From the IMG/VR virus record IMGVR_UViG_3300034061_004620: a stretch of DNA of 64,000 nucleotides; one strand, written 5' to 3'. The position numbers and the translations under genes are program-made. This document shows positions 47,736-57,146 of this stretch, one piece after another (the first letter of the stretch is position 1; each line of letters opens with the position of its first letter). The notes under the pieces were generated by a model, which saw nothing but the letters and a program-made list of their open reading frames with translations, searched no databases and was not told where the DNA came from. This DNA is from a virus (lineage: Duplodnaviria; Caudoviricetes).

Positions 47736-47855
47736 ATGAAAGCAGTAATTTTTGCAGTTGTGATTGGCCTCACTGGTTGTGGTACAGTGGGTGGAGCAGT
47801 AAGTGGTGCCGGCACCGATTTACAAAAGGCCGGCGATTGGATTAAATCTAAATAA
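47736..47855 (+). CDS. Entericidin EcnA/B-like lipopeptide (not in ORF track)
   Basis: MKAVIFAVVIGLTGCGTVGGAVSGAGTDLQKAGDWIKSK*; C-x-T...G-x-G-x-D-x4-G. Confidence 0.7.
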   Translation: MKAVIFAVVIGLTGCGTVGGAVSGAGTDLQKAGDWIKSK

Positions 47856-47865
47856 GAGGTAAATT

Positions 47866-48429
47866 ATGTATAAAGTAATTCCAGTAATTCTTGCAGTAAT
47901 GTTGACAGCCTGTAGCAGCACCAAGGATCCTGGTGTCAAGATGGCCGAAGAAGCTCGCGAGCGTAGAGTGGATGCTGCCAGAACTGTGATCAAGAGTCAA
48001 CCCAAGTGGTACCGTGAAGGTTGCCCTGCTACCACCGAAATTGCCTGTGCTATGTCTACCGAAACATCAGACAATATGCAAGCAGCTTTGGACAATGCTG
48101 TTGAATTTGCCAAAGGCCAAATTTGTGACACAGCCGGTGGACAAGTAGACAAGGTTAGTAAAACTTTTAGAACACAGGAAGGTAAAAATTCCAGCACTAA
48201 TACTAAGACTGCGATTCGCAGCAAGTGTCCAAGTGTAGATATTACTGGTGCCTATCTTGCCGAACGTGAAGTGATTGCACTAAACGATGGTACATTTCAG
48301 GCTTATGTAAAAGTGGTGCTGCCAATTGGTGAGAATCCATTGAAAGACCGCAAGGATCGTATGATTCTCAATCGAGCCAACGAAGTGGAAGGCGAGAAAC
48401 TGCTACGAGAGTTAGACAACAAGCAATAA
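47866..48429 (+). CDS. Lipoprotein (LPP20-like)
   Basis: Lipobox LTAC, PKWY motif. Confidence 0.6.
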   Translation: MYKVIPVILAVMLTACSSTKDPGVKMAEEARERRVDAARTVIKSQPKWYREGCPATTEIACAMSTETSDNMQAALDNAVEFAKGQICDTAGGQVDKVSKTFRTQEGKNSSTNTKTAIRSKCPSVDITGAYLAEREVIALNDGTFQAYVKVVLPIGENPLKDRKDRMILNRANEVEGEKLLRELDNKQ

Positions 48430-48449
48430 GTTTTTTTATCACGCATTTG

Positions 48450-48484
48450 ACCCGGACTGGTTAAATACCTCGTCCGGGTTTTAT
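48450..48484 (+). terminator. Terminator hairpin enclosing a late promoter
   Basis: ACCCGGAC..GTCCGGGT plus TTTT; GTTAAATA in the loop. Confidence 0.7.
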
Positions 48485-48485
48485 T

Positions 48486-49337
48486 ATGAATTTCAAATAC
48501 CTACATATAACATACTGCGGTGCCGATCAAAACGACGTATTAGAAGTTAAATATCGGCTACGCAATACTCCAATTACACATAAATGGGTAGAACGAGTGC
48601 TTCGGGCCCAAGAACTCGGCTATCCCATTGATGATCCTGGTAGATTTTACGGATTTGGAAGCATAGAGCAACAAACCAATAATGCACTTAAAGATATCAA
48701 TGATTTAATAGGCCAATTGAATCAATGGACCACAATTGATTATTATTTACAGTCTGTCTATGACCAAGACACACTAAACCGACTACACCATATATTTGAA
48801 ATAGAACATGGATTATTAGATAAAAAAGATACAAATCACGAATACAAACAAGCATTGTGCAATCTCAACTTGTTAGTGCATCGCTGCGAAAGTATAGCAA
48901 GAGGCGCTTATCAAAGGCACGTAGTCACTTACTATGGATTACCTAAAACCGAAGTTTTAAATGATCTTGATTATCAGTATTTTGACGCCAAAGTAACTTT
49001 TGGCACAGTTTATATTAACTATGTAGAAATTGGTAAAACATTGTTTGACCTAATGATGGATAATGACTCTTATATAGATTCAACTGCATTTCAACCTTTT
49101 TATCACTATTCTGCAGATTTTGTTGTGCGTTTTTGGAATGATGACGACAATAATTTACATGATAAACTTAGAGTGTATTATGATAAACATCAAGACTTTT
49201 TTATGTCCCTTGGTTATACTTGGGAAAACTTGTCCCGGAGTATAGGCAGCATTCCAGTGGCTGATTTAGATTATTCCGGGGATATTATTCAACAATTAGA
49301 ACACAGACAATTTGTAAAAGCTGTCCAATTCTGTTAA
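48486..49337 (+). CDS. Hypothetical protein
   Basis: 283 aa ORF; LNRLHHIFE and LVHRCE His motifs. Confidence 0.75.
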   Translation: MNFKYLHITYCGADQNDVLEVKYRLRNTPITHKWVERVLRAQELGYPIDDPGRFYGFGSIEQQTNNALKDINDLIGQLNQWTTIDYYLQSVYDQDTLNRLHHIFEIEHGLLDKKDTNHEYKQALCNLNLLVHRCESIARGAYQRHVVTYYGLPKTEVLNDLDYQYFDAKVTFGTVYINYVEIGKTLFDLMMDNDSYIDSTAFQPFYHYSADFVVRFWNDDDNNLHDKLRVYYDKHQDFFMSLGYTWENLSRSIGSIPVADLDYSGDIIQQLEHRQFVKAVQFC

Positions 49338-49351
49338 ACAATAAATACAAA

Positions 49352-50005
49352 ATGCGCTTATACGAACTTGAACAACAATCCCACGGTCGTCCAGAAATCT
49401 TCTTGGACATGGACGGCGTTTTAGCAGACTTTTTTTCAGAATATGCAAAATTGGCCGGTGTGCCTGCTGATGTCCAAAGCGGACGAGCTGATTACCGTAA
49501 TATCCCTGCAGAACTACGTGAACCTGTAATTGCACAGATGCGTGGTACAGACTTCTTTTATAGACTGCCCAAATTTGCAAGTGCTGATAGACTGGTAGCA
49601 ATGGCGATACAAGTGTTTGGCTACTACAACATCTGCAGCAGTCCTCTACGTGGAGACAATCAAAACAGTGAAGCCATGAAACGAGCTTGGATAGCTGAAA
49701 ACCTAAATCCACAGCCCCGGGTGATTCGTATTACGGGTCGCAAGGGCAAGTATGCAAAACAAGCAGATGGCACACCCAATATCTTGGTCGATGATCGTAA
49801 TAGTGTGCTAACAGAATGGGAACAAAGTGGCGGTATTGGTATCAAGTATCAAGCAGACGAAGACAGCCTGGATGTGGTTGCAAAGGGATTACGTCGAGCA
49901 TTAGAAATAGTCAAGGGCAAAAGAGAACATGTTCCGCAAGATATACAAAGTCGAGACTATGGTAAGATGATTGCTGGGCCACAGGATAAACAAGATGCGA
50001 GCTAA
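49352..50005 (+). CDS. HAD-family 5'(3')-deoxyribonucleotidase-like protein with N-terminal tag
   Basis: MRLYELE; FLDMDGVLADF, K..W, LVDD. Confidence 0.8.
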   Translation: MRLYELEQQSHGRPEIFLDMDGVLADFFSEYAKLAGVPADVQSGRADYRNIPAELREPVIAQMRGTDFFYRLPKFASADRLVAMAIQVFGYYNICSSPLRGDNQNSEAMKRAWIAENLNPQPRVIRITGRKGKYAKQADGTPNILVDDRNSVLTEWEQSGGIGIKYQADEDSLDVVAKGLRRALEIVKGKREHVPQDIQSRDYGKMIAGPQDKQDAS

Positions 50006-50384
50006 AGAATTTGTAGTAGAAAGTACCTTTCGTGATCACGAATCGCAACTGCGTGACTTTGTGGTATGGTGCGTAAAAGAATTGAACATTGAACAAGCTT
50101 TGCCAAAGATTCGTTTTCAAGATGCTAAGGAAGGTCCAGATCAACATAGAACAGGTTATTATGATGATGCCGAAGACATCATGTGGATTTACACCGGCAA
50201 CAGAAACTTGATTGATATCATGCGTACAGTGGCGCACGAATTGGCTCACAGAAAGCAATACGAGGACAACATGGTTGATGGCGATCAGGCTTACCCTGGG
50301 TCACCAATTGAACAACAAGCCGATGCAGTGGCTGGATATCTAATGAAGCTGTATGGCAAGGCCAATCCGGAGATCATTGAGTGA
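49995..50384 (+). CDS. HExxH metallopeptidase-like protein with N-terminal tag
   Basis: MRAKEFVVE; VAHELAHRKQ and downstream EQQADA. Confidence 0.7.
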   Translation: MRAKEFVVESTFRDHESQLRDFVVWCVKELNIEQALPKIRFQDAKEGPDQHRTGYYDDAEDIMWIYTGNRNLIDIMRTVAHELAHRKQYEDNMVDGDQAYPGSPIEQQADAVAGYLMKLYGKANPEIIE

Positions 50385-50959
50385 GAGCAAGAGAGTTTAT
50401 AAAAGAAGAACGCGAAGAGTGGTATAGTATGAATACTCCTCTGATGCAACAACAATTTGATCAGTGGGATCAACAAAAACGCGGCCGTAATGCTCTAACC
50501 ACTATGCCGTTGCCAAAAACCGATTCCAGATACACGGTAGGACCTGATTTTGTTAAAGACCCAGCGGCGCCAAGTGATCTGATAAGAAACCCGCAGGTGG
50601 CCAAAGAATTAGGCTTTCCTGGTGGTTGGACTGACAACAAGCCCGTACGAATGACACGAAAAATGCTTGACCCTGCTACAGGCAATGTTCAATTGGGTCC
50701 TGATAAACTTGTACAACCAGGCACGGAAGAATACGCAGAATTACAACAACGAGTCAATCCCATAACAGGCAGAATTCGTAATGCTGTCAATGCACGAATA
50801 CCAAAGGGACCATCTGAACCGCCCAGTCCGGAACACGAGCTACGATCAAATGTGTTCAGAAATCAAACCCAGGATAAAGGCAAAGAAGCAACATTTCCAA
50901 GTGATCAGCCCAGAGGCTATCGCATAGGCGATCCTTTTAGACAGAAATACAGAACATGA
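50381..50959 (+). CDS. Tagged hypothetical protein
   Basis: MRAREFIKE (GTG start). Confidence 0.7.
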   Translation: MRAREFIKEEREEWYSMNTPLMQQQFDQWDQQKRGRNALTTMPLPKTDSRYTVGPDFVKDPAAPSDLIRNPQVAKELGFPGGWTDNKPVRMTRKMLDPATGNVQLGPDKLVQPGTEEYAELQQRVNPITGRIRNAVNARIPKGPSEPPSPEHELRSNVFRNQTQDKGKEATFPSDQPRGYRIGDPFRQKYRT

Positions 50960-53664
50960 GATACAAAGAATTTAACTTAACCGAAGACGAACTGTTTGAG
51001 CTCAACATGAGCCCAACCAATCTGGCCAAGATGGTCAAAGGCATTGATGCCCGAGTGGGCATGGAGTTTGAACTGATTGTGCCCAATGTTGATAATCCCG
51101 ACGAAGATGAATATGAAAGCGAACCTGACTATGATGCCGATGAAAGTTTCCCTACTGGTCCCGGGTGGACAAGAGATGTAATTGATTTCTTCCGCGGTGG
51201 CGACATGGGCAACAGTAGAGCCCTTATACAACGCCAAATTGATGAATTAAATGAAAACTTTTATGCGTGGGTAGACGAAGATCAAGAAGAATTTATAAAT
51301 TCCGTTGAAGGACAAGATCGCATCACAGAAATTGCAGGCAGCAATGTAGATAGATCAGATTATGACACTGATGAAGAGTATGTAGCGGCCATTCAAGCCT
51401 ACATCGACGAAAATGAGGACTACATTCGTGATGAGTTGATTGACGAATACAACGACAATCTTGACAGTAAATTTGAAGAATGGTTAGATGACCAAGGCAT
51501 CAACACCATGGCTGACTTTGCCAACGAGTACGATTTAGAATGGCCGTATTGGACCCAGCCGGATTACAACAGCGGTGGTGGTGCCAGTATTGATGCAGTA
51601 GCTGATGACTTTAGTCAAGCCATTGGTCGTCCAGTAAATGCAGCCAGCAGTTATCATGGCGCCACAAGACGCCCCGGACACTATGTGGTAGAACCTGACG
51701 GTAGCTTGCAGGGAGACCAGGGCGAAACAGGACTGGAGTTTGTTAGTCCTGTGCTGACCGTAGATGAAATGCTGTCTGACATAGACAAGGTGGTGGCGTG
51801 GGCTGAGCGAGCAGGCGCCTATACCAACAGCAGCACAGGCTTGCACATGAATGTTAGTGTGCCCAATCAGAAAAATCTTGACTATGTGAAATTGGCCATG
51901 TTCCTGGGCGACAACTACATCCTGGAACAGTTTGGTAGAGAAGGTAATACCTATTGTAAATCTGCTCTAAAGAAAATTGTCACCATGGGTCGCGGTGATC
52001 CCAGTCGTGTTGAAGAAATGATGCGTCAGTTCCAGGGCGGACTAAGTGAATTGGCCAGCAAAATATTACATACAGGTAGCACAGAAAAATTTACCAGCAT
52101 AAACAATCGTGATCAGTGGGTGGAATTCCGTGGCCCGGGCGGTGATTGGATGACTGGCGACGCCGGTATAACCACTGTGAAAAACACCTTGCTCAGAGCA
52201 GTGGCAGCACTTAGTGTGGCTACTAAGCCCGAAGAGTTCAAACAAGAATACTACAAGAAATTGTACAAAACTCTAACACAAGGCCGGGAAGATGATACCA
52301 TCCAATACTTTGCCAAGTATGCAGCCGGTGAATTACCACAAAGTGCATTGAAAGCATTTGTAAGAAACATTCAGGGCAAGAGAAAAGCTAATAAACTTGC
52401 ACTTGGTGCCAAAGACATCTTGTTGGTATGGAAGGTTATTGGTAGCCAAAACAGCCCTTATCAAAGCCAAGGCGTAGAAGTTGTGGCCATGGATGAGTTG
52501 GGTGCATACAAAGAAGCTATTAAAAAATGGAGCCTAAACTTGGGTGGTAATAGTATAGAAGATTACACTCAGCAAAATGGTTGGCGAGCTCAACCCGTAC
52601 GAGCAGCTACCAGCAATGATATGAACATGGCTTCGAACAAGTTTTATCGTGTGGCAGTAGGTGGCAGACCTGACCGGAAAGTATATGTAAGAGCAATGAG
52701 TGAATACCAGGCAAAAACTTTAGCTGTTCAAAGACACGCTGATGTATTTGCCAATGTGACCTTTGATGACATGGTAGCAATTCATGATCCGGACTATCAA
52801 GGTGAAGAAACTGCTGTAGCTGCGATGCGAGCCAGATCAGGAGAACCTATACCAGCTGGCGCTGTAGGTGGAGAACAAAGCACAGATGCCAACTATGAAA
52901 TCTATAACACAGAAACTAATCGTAGTATGTTTAGATTTATTGCTAACACCGATCCTGAAGCCGAAAGAAAGTATCAAGATTGGTTATCTGGCTCCAACAG
53001 TAGTCCAGAATTATTCAAGTGGCGTAGAATAGAAAACCGTGGCATACCTGGATCAACTGCTGAATTACAGAGACAACGAACTGCACAAACACCAAGTCGT
53101 GATCAAGAATTTACCGGGCACTGGGAAGTAGTTAGTAGAAACACCAATGAGGTTGTATCCGTAATAAGCGGTATCGGAAACGCAGTAGCGGACGCCGAAA
53201 GACACGCAGCAAGATGGCAACAACAAACAGGGTTTGATGATCCTATTTACGTGAGACCACTCATGCGACCAAGAGACAATCTGTCACGCAATCAAGGTGA
53301 AGTTCAACAACGATTCACAGTTGATTACACTATACGTCAGTACGGAGATATTATGAACAATAGGGTCACTGTTCCTGCGGCCAATGCCGACGCTGCTATG
53401 GCCAACGTTAGAAATCAACTTGAAGCCAGTAGAGCTGAGGTTCTCAGAATTGAAGCTGATCCTGTGACACAGGCACCAGCTCGAGGTACTGAAAGCCTAC
53501 CACCAGGCAATACTCGTTGGTTGGTATTAGATCAAAATGATCGTGAAGTGTATAGTTTTGTTCATCGCAGCAACCAAGGCGAAGCAAATCAGTATGCTGC
53601 GAATTGGTTAAGAGGAAACAACATGGTTGGACAAGGTGAATTTACTGTGGTGCCAGCAAGATGA
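50956..53664 (+). CDS. Amidoligase (COOH-NH2 ligase type 2) with acidic insert and C-terminal repeats
   Basis: MRYKEFNLTE; GMEFE, EPDGSL, GLEFVSP, TNSSTGLHMNVS, SIN, VEFR. Confidence 0.8.
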   Translation: MRYKEFNLTEDELFELNMSPTNLAKMVKGIDARVGMEFELIVPNVDNPDEDEYESEPDYDADESFPTGPGWTRDVIDFFRGGDMGNSRALIQRQIDELNENFYAWVDEDQEEFINSVEGQDRITEIAGSNVDRSDYDTDEEYVAAIQAYIDENEDYIRDELIDEYNDNLDSKFEEWLDDQGINTMADFANEYDLEWPYWTQPDYNSGGGASIDAVADDFSQAIGRPVNAASSYHGATRRPGHYVVEPDGSLQGDQGETGLEFVSPVLTVDEMLSDIDKVVAWAERAGAYTNSSTGLHMNVSVPNQKNLDYVKLAMFLGDNYILEQFGREGNTYCKSALKKIVTMGRGDPSRVEEMMRQFQGGLSELASKILHTGSTEKFTSINNRDQWVEFRGPGGDWMTGDAGITTVKNTLLRAVAALSVATKPEEFKQEYYKKLYKTLTQGREDDTIQYFAKYAAGELPQSALKAFVRNIQGKRKANKLALGAKDILLVWKVIGSQNSPYQSQGVEVVAMDELGAYKEAIKKWSLNLGGNSIEDYTQQNGWRAQPVRAATSNDMNMASNKFYRVAVGGRPDRKVYVRAMSEYQAKTLAVQRHADVFANVTFDDMVAIHDPDYQGEETAVAAMRARSGEPIPAGAVGGEQSTDANYEIYNTETNRSMFRFIANTDPEAERKYQDWLSGSNSSPELFKWRRIENRGIPGSTAELQRQRTAQTPSRDQEFTGHWEVVSRNTNEVVSVISGIGNAVADAERHAARWQQQTGFDDPIYVRPLMRPRDNLSRNQGEVQQRFTVDYTIRQYGDIMNNRVTVPAANADAAMANVRNQLEASRAEVLRIEADPVTQAPARGTESLPPGNTRWLVLDQNDREVYSFVHRSNQGEANQYAANWLRGNNMVGQGEFTVVPAR

Positions 53665-54116
53665 GAGCAGTAGATTTCTTAGGTGAATTATTTGATCCCG
53701 CTACAGCGTTTGAGATAGAGTGGGATGAAACATTTGCACCTGATGAATTACATGCCACATCCTACGATAGGCAAGGTCGTGAGATCAATATTAGCTTTGT
53801 GCCAATCAGCGGCGATGCAGTAGACATAGAGTTTAAGCGAGGTGGCAGTTTTGATGTTACTGGTAGAGGTGATGCAGAAAGAGTGTTTGGCACGGTTATT
53901 CAGGCAGTTGCAACATATCTTAGTAAGTATCGTAGACCTGAATACATATTGTTCAGCGGTAAAGAAACCAGCAGAAACAAATTGTATCTACGCTTGGTGG
54001 CAAGATATGCGGCAAGATACGGTTATCAAGAAATTGGCATAAATGATTTGCCCGATGAACTGTTTTCTATGTCATTGCCTGCAGATATTTTTATTTTACA
54101 GCGAGTGGGTCAATGA
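53661..54116 (+). CDS. Tagged hypothetical protein
   Basis: MRAVDFLGE; TGRGDA..VF.TV...ILFSG...SRNKLY. Confidence 0.7.
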   Translation: MRAVDFLGELFDPATAFEIEWDETFAPDELHATSYDRQGREINISFVPISGDAVDIEFKRGGSFDVTGRGDAERVFGTVIQAVATYLSKYRRPEYILFSGKETSRNKLYLRLVARYAARYGYQEIGINDLPDELFSMSLPADIFILQRVGQ

Positions 54117-55219
54117 GAGCAGATGATTTTTTAAACGAAGGTGGTCTTAGAAGCTGGTTATGGAAACTGGGCAAAGATGCCTTTGACTATGCAGCCGGTC
54201 AAGCTCCTCGTGTAAAAAATACCATAGATCAACCCAAAGGCGGCATGTTTGGTGGCCGGGTTCCTGGTAGCCCTGATGATGTTTCGCATGTGTATAGAAA
54301 CATGAGCCCAGAAGAATTAGCGGCAGCTCGCAAGTCCGGCTACTTTGAAAAGAATCCAGCCCCCGGTCGTACCACATGGGATACAGATAAAAAGTATTGG
54401 AGCCAAGGTGATACCGAAGGTTATTTTGGTCGAGCCTGGAAAGACACTCCAGACAACGCACAAGTAAGATTACCGCAAGAAAAGCTGCCTCGCTGGACAG
54501 CAGGCAGAACTGGAGATGCCGAAGTAATTGATAAAACTACAGGTACATGGGGACCAGTCAAGGAAGACGATCTTGATGAAATGGCTGGCAAAATAAATGT
54601 TGGTATCAGCCAATATCTTGCAAAAAAAGGCTACAAATATCTTGGTGGCGGTATAGACAAACAGGCCTATCTGGAACCCGGTGGACAAGTATTGATTGTG
54701 TTTGGCTATCGTCAAGGCACAATATTTGACTTTAGTCCGGATCAAAGAATGTTTGTAAACTGGATCAACTATTGTAATAAAAATTCAAACAATCCGCACT
54801 TGCCCAAGTTCTCAGGCTTTGAAAGTTTTGAATTTCAAGGCAGACGATACATCCAGGCCAGAATGGAAGCACTACGAGAATTACCCGGCGAAGTAGGTAA
54901 TCTGGTCGGTAACATTGAAGAAGCTGTTCGGAAATTAAGAAAAAACAATTATGATACTGCATTCAACACCCTAATCAATTATGCTCAACACAGCAGTTAT
55001 GAAGACGAAGATCCCTACTACTACGAAATTGAGAATACAATGGAATTACTGGGCGGAGCAGAGGCAGCAAAGAATTTATTAAAGACTGTAAAGACAGTGC
55101 AACAATTTGCAAGAAAACACAACTACAGCATAGATCTACATCGTGGTAATTATATGCAACGACCAGACGGTACTATTGTGGTCAATGATCCTTTTGTGAT
55201 CTGGGAAAGAAATCTATGA
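54113..55219 (+). CDS. Tagged two-domain protein: possible ART-like domain plus kinase-like domain
   Basis: MRADDFLNE; VYRNMSPEE; LGGGIDKQAY, MEAL, DLHRGNYM, VNDPF. Confidence 0.65.
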   Translation: MRADDFLNEGGLRSWLWKLGKDAFDYAAGQAPRVKNTIDQPKGGMFGGRVPGSPDDVSHVYRNMSPEELAAARKSGYFEKNPAPGRTTWDTDKKYWSQGDTEGYFGRAWKDTPDNAQVRLPQEKLPRWTAGRTGDAEVIDKTTGTWGPVKEDDLDEMAGKINVGISQYLAKKGYKYLGGGIDKQAYLEPGGQVLIVFGYRQGTIFDFSPDQRMFVNWINYCNKNSNNPHLPKFSGFESFEFQGRRYIQARMEALRELPGEVGNLVGNIEEAVRKLRKNNYDTAFNTLINYAQHSSYEDEDPYYYEIENTMELLGGAEAAKNLLKTVKTVQQFARKHNYSIDLHRGNYMQRPDGTIVVNDPFVIWERNL

Positions 55220-56238
55220 GAGCCGACGAGTTTGTAACTGAACGTAAAAAGAAAAAACGTAAACGCAGCAACAAATATTTCGGCGGTTACTGGTATCCCG
55301 GCTACGGTTATTACGGCAGTGGTGCGTACGGCGGCGAGTCAGGCGATGGTGGTGGAGATGGTGGCGGTGGAGAAAGTGTCACAGAAGCCAAAACCAGCAA
55401 GGTGCTTTTTATAGGCAACGATACTGCTATTGTGGGACAAGAACATGGCAAGCGATTACAGTTGTCAGATTCTGACGCTGAAAGAGTACAAGCCATTGCC
55501 CAACGTCACGGTGCCTGGTACGAAGGCAATGGTATGGATCGCAAACTTACCCAAGGCATCATTGACGATTATGAAGGTAGTTGGGATGACGATTTGTTAT
55601 CTCCGGCCATCAAAGGATATCCTGCACCATTCTTATATGTTCTATTCTCTAATATAAAAGAGAATGATACGGTAGAAGGCAAGATTGGATCGGATCCTGA
55701 ATCTACAATATTTGATAGAATAATTGACACACAACCCAGCACAAACTATTTTCCAGATAGAAAGTTTGATGCTGAAACATTACAAAAGTTTTTACAGGCT
55801 GTCAGCGAAGGACCGTATGATTTTGTTCAAATGAGTCAAGCACCTGCTACAGAAAGTAATGTTAGACGATTTTTTACCATGGGTGAACAGCTGATGTGGC
55901 CTGATAATTGGGAACAATATCCTAACCGTGCAGGTCGCGTGGCAAAATCAGTAAATGACTTACGTGACAAGTTTTTAGCTTCCCGAAAACAGGGAGTGTA
56001 TGTGGCCGGCAGTGACCATCTCCAAGCGGTAAAACAGTTTTTAGATCAAACAGTAAATGAAAATTTTGCCGATGGCAAGATTAAGAGCAAAAGCCGTCCT
56101 GGGCGTGTGAAGAGAGCAGGAGCCAGCTGCAACGGCTCTGTCACAGACTTACGCCAACGTGCCAAGAATGCCAGCGGCGAAAAAGCCAAGATGTATCACT
56201 GGTGTGCAAACATGAAAAGCGGCCGCAGTAAAAAATAA
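55216..56238 (+). CDS. Tagged multi-segment protein with possible TIKI/ChaN-like domain and basic C-terminal domain
   Basis: MRADEFVTE; Gly/Tyr linker; GQEHG, WYEG, AGSDH; C-terminal K/R-rich two-Cys segment. Confidence 0.6.
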   Translation: MRADEFVTERKKKKRKRSNKYFGGYWYPGYGYYGSGAYGGESGDGGGDGGGGESVTEAKTSKVLFIGNDTAIVGQEHGKRLQLSDSDAERVQAIAQRHGAWYEGNGMDRKLTQGIIDDYEGSWDDDLLSPAIKGYPAPFLYVLFSNIKENDTVEGKIGSDPESTIFDRIIDTQPSTNYFPDRKFDAETLQKFLQAVSEGPYDFVQMSQAPATESNVRRFFTMGEQLMWPDNWEQYPNRAGRVAKSVNDLRDKFLASRKQGVYVAGSDHLQAVKQFLDQTVNENFADGKIKSKSRPGRVKRAGASCNGSVTDLRQRAKNASGEKAKMYHWCANMKSGRSKK

Positions 56239-56246
56239 ATAAATTT

Positions 56247-57146
56247 ATGCCTAATATAGACCGTGTTCTCAATTTAATAGATCAGTGCGACTTTTCTGCA
56301 GATAATCCTTTTGAGCTTCGTGAAAATTTATTTCCTGTTCTCGGCGAAATAGCTTCTCCCACAATCGTAAAACTATTCGAAAAAACTTGTTATAACGGTT
56401 GGCTTGTTTTTGGGTTCGAAGCTGAAAATGCTGTAGTACTACGGTACGACAATATTTTATCAAAATTCAATGACGGATCATTAGATGTATATTTTGGACA
56501 CTTGTCAGAATCTGAACGTAATCAAATAAAATCAAAGTTCAAAGAAGTTATAGACGATGAAGTAAAACACAGTGAAATGTTTAGTGCCATTATTGGCAAG
56601 ATGAAAGCTATCAAAGACTATAGACCAGAATTTGTCTCACCTACTTGTTTGGAATTTATACAATCAGAAAACGATCTTTGGCACACAAATAGTTTTATTG
56701 AACTATTACCAAACATTGTAACTGGCGAAAGCTATTTGTATGCGGCATTTGTTTTGTTTTCTAAGTATAGCAAAAATCCTATCAAACAACAAATTTTTAA
56801 AGAATTTATTAGAGATGAGTCAAGACATGTAGCGCACTTTATGAATATAATGAAAAAAGCTTATATAGATGATGTTGAACAAAAAAGATACGATAGAAAG
56901 TTTTTCCAATTTGCCAAAGATAGGTCACAATTTGAAGATGCAAAATTTAAAAATTTTTTAGACACGTTATCTATAAGTGCCGAAATAAAAAAAAATATCG
57001 TCAATAAAGCTTATACTACAGAATTTCACCAAACTTTCAGAAAGTTGTATGCTAAGAAAACCTGGCAATTTTACAACATAGTGTTTCCTGACGTTGATCA
57101 AGAAACATATGAAAAGATGTTGTATCCAAATTTAATAAATAGTTAA
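56247..57146 (+). CDS. Ferritin-like di-iron protein
   Basis: Paired E...DExxH motifs: FEAE/DDEVKH and GES/RDESRH. Confidence 0.65.
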   Translation: MPNIDRVLNLIDQCDFSADNPFELRENLFPVLGEIASPTIVKLFEKTCYNGWLVFGFEAENAVVLRYDNILSKFNDGSLDVYFGHLSESERNQIKSKFKEVIDDEVKHSEMFSAIIGKMKAIKDYRPEFVSPTCLEFIQSENDLWHTNSFIELLPNIVTGESYLYAAFVLFSKYSKNPIKQQIFKEFIRDESRHVAHFMNIMKKAYIDDVEQKRYDRKFFQFAKDRSQFEDAKFKNFLDTLSISAEIKKNIVNKAYTTEFHQTFRKLYAKKTWQFYNIVFPDVDQETYEKMLYPNLINS

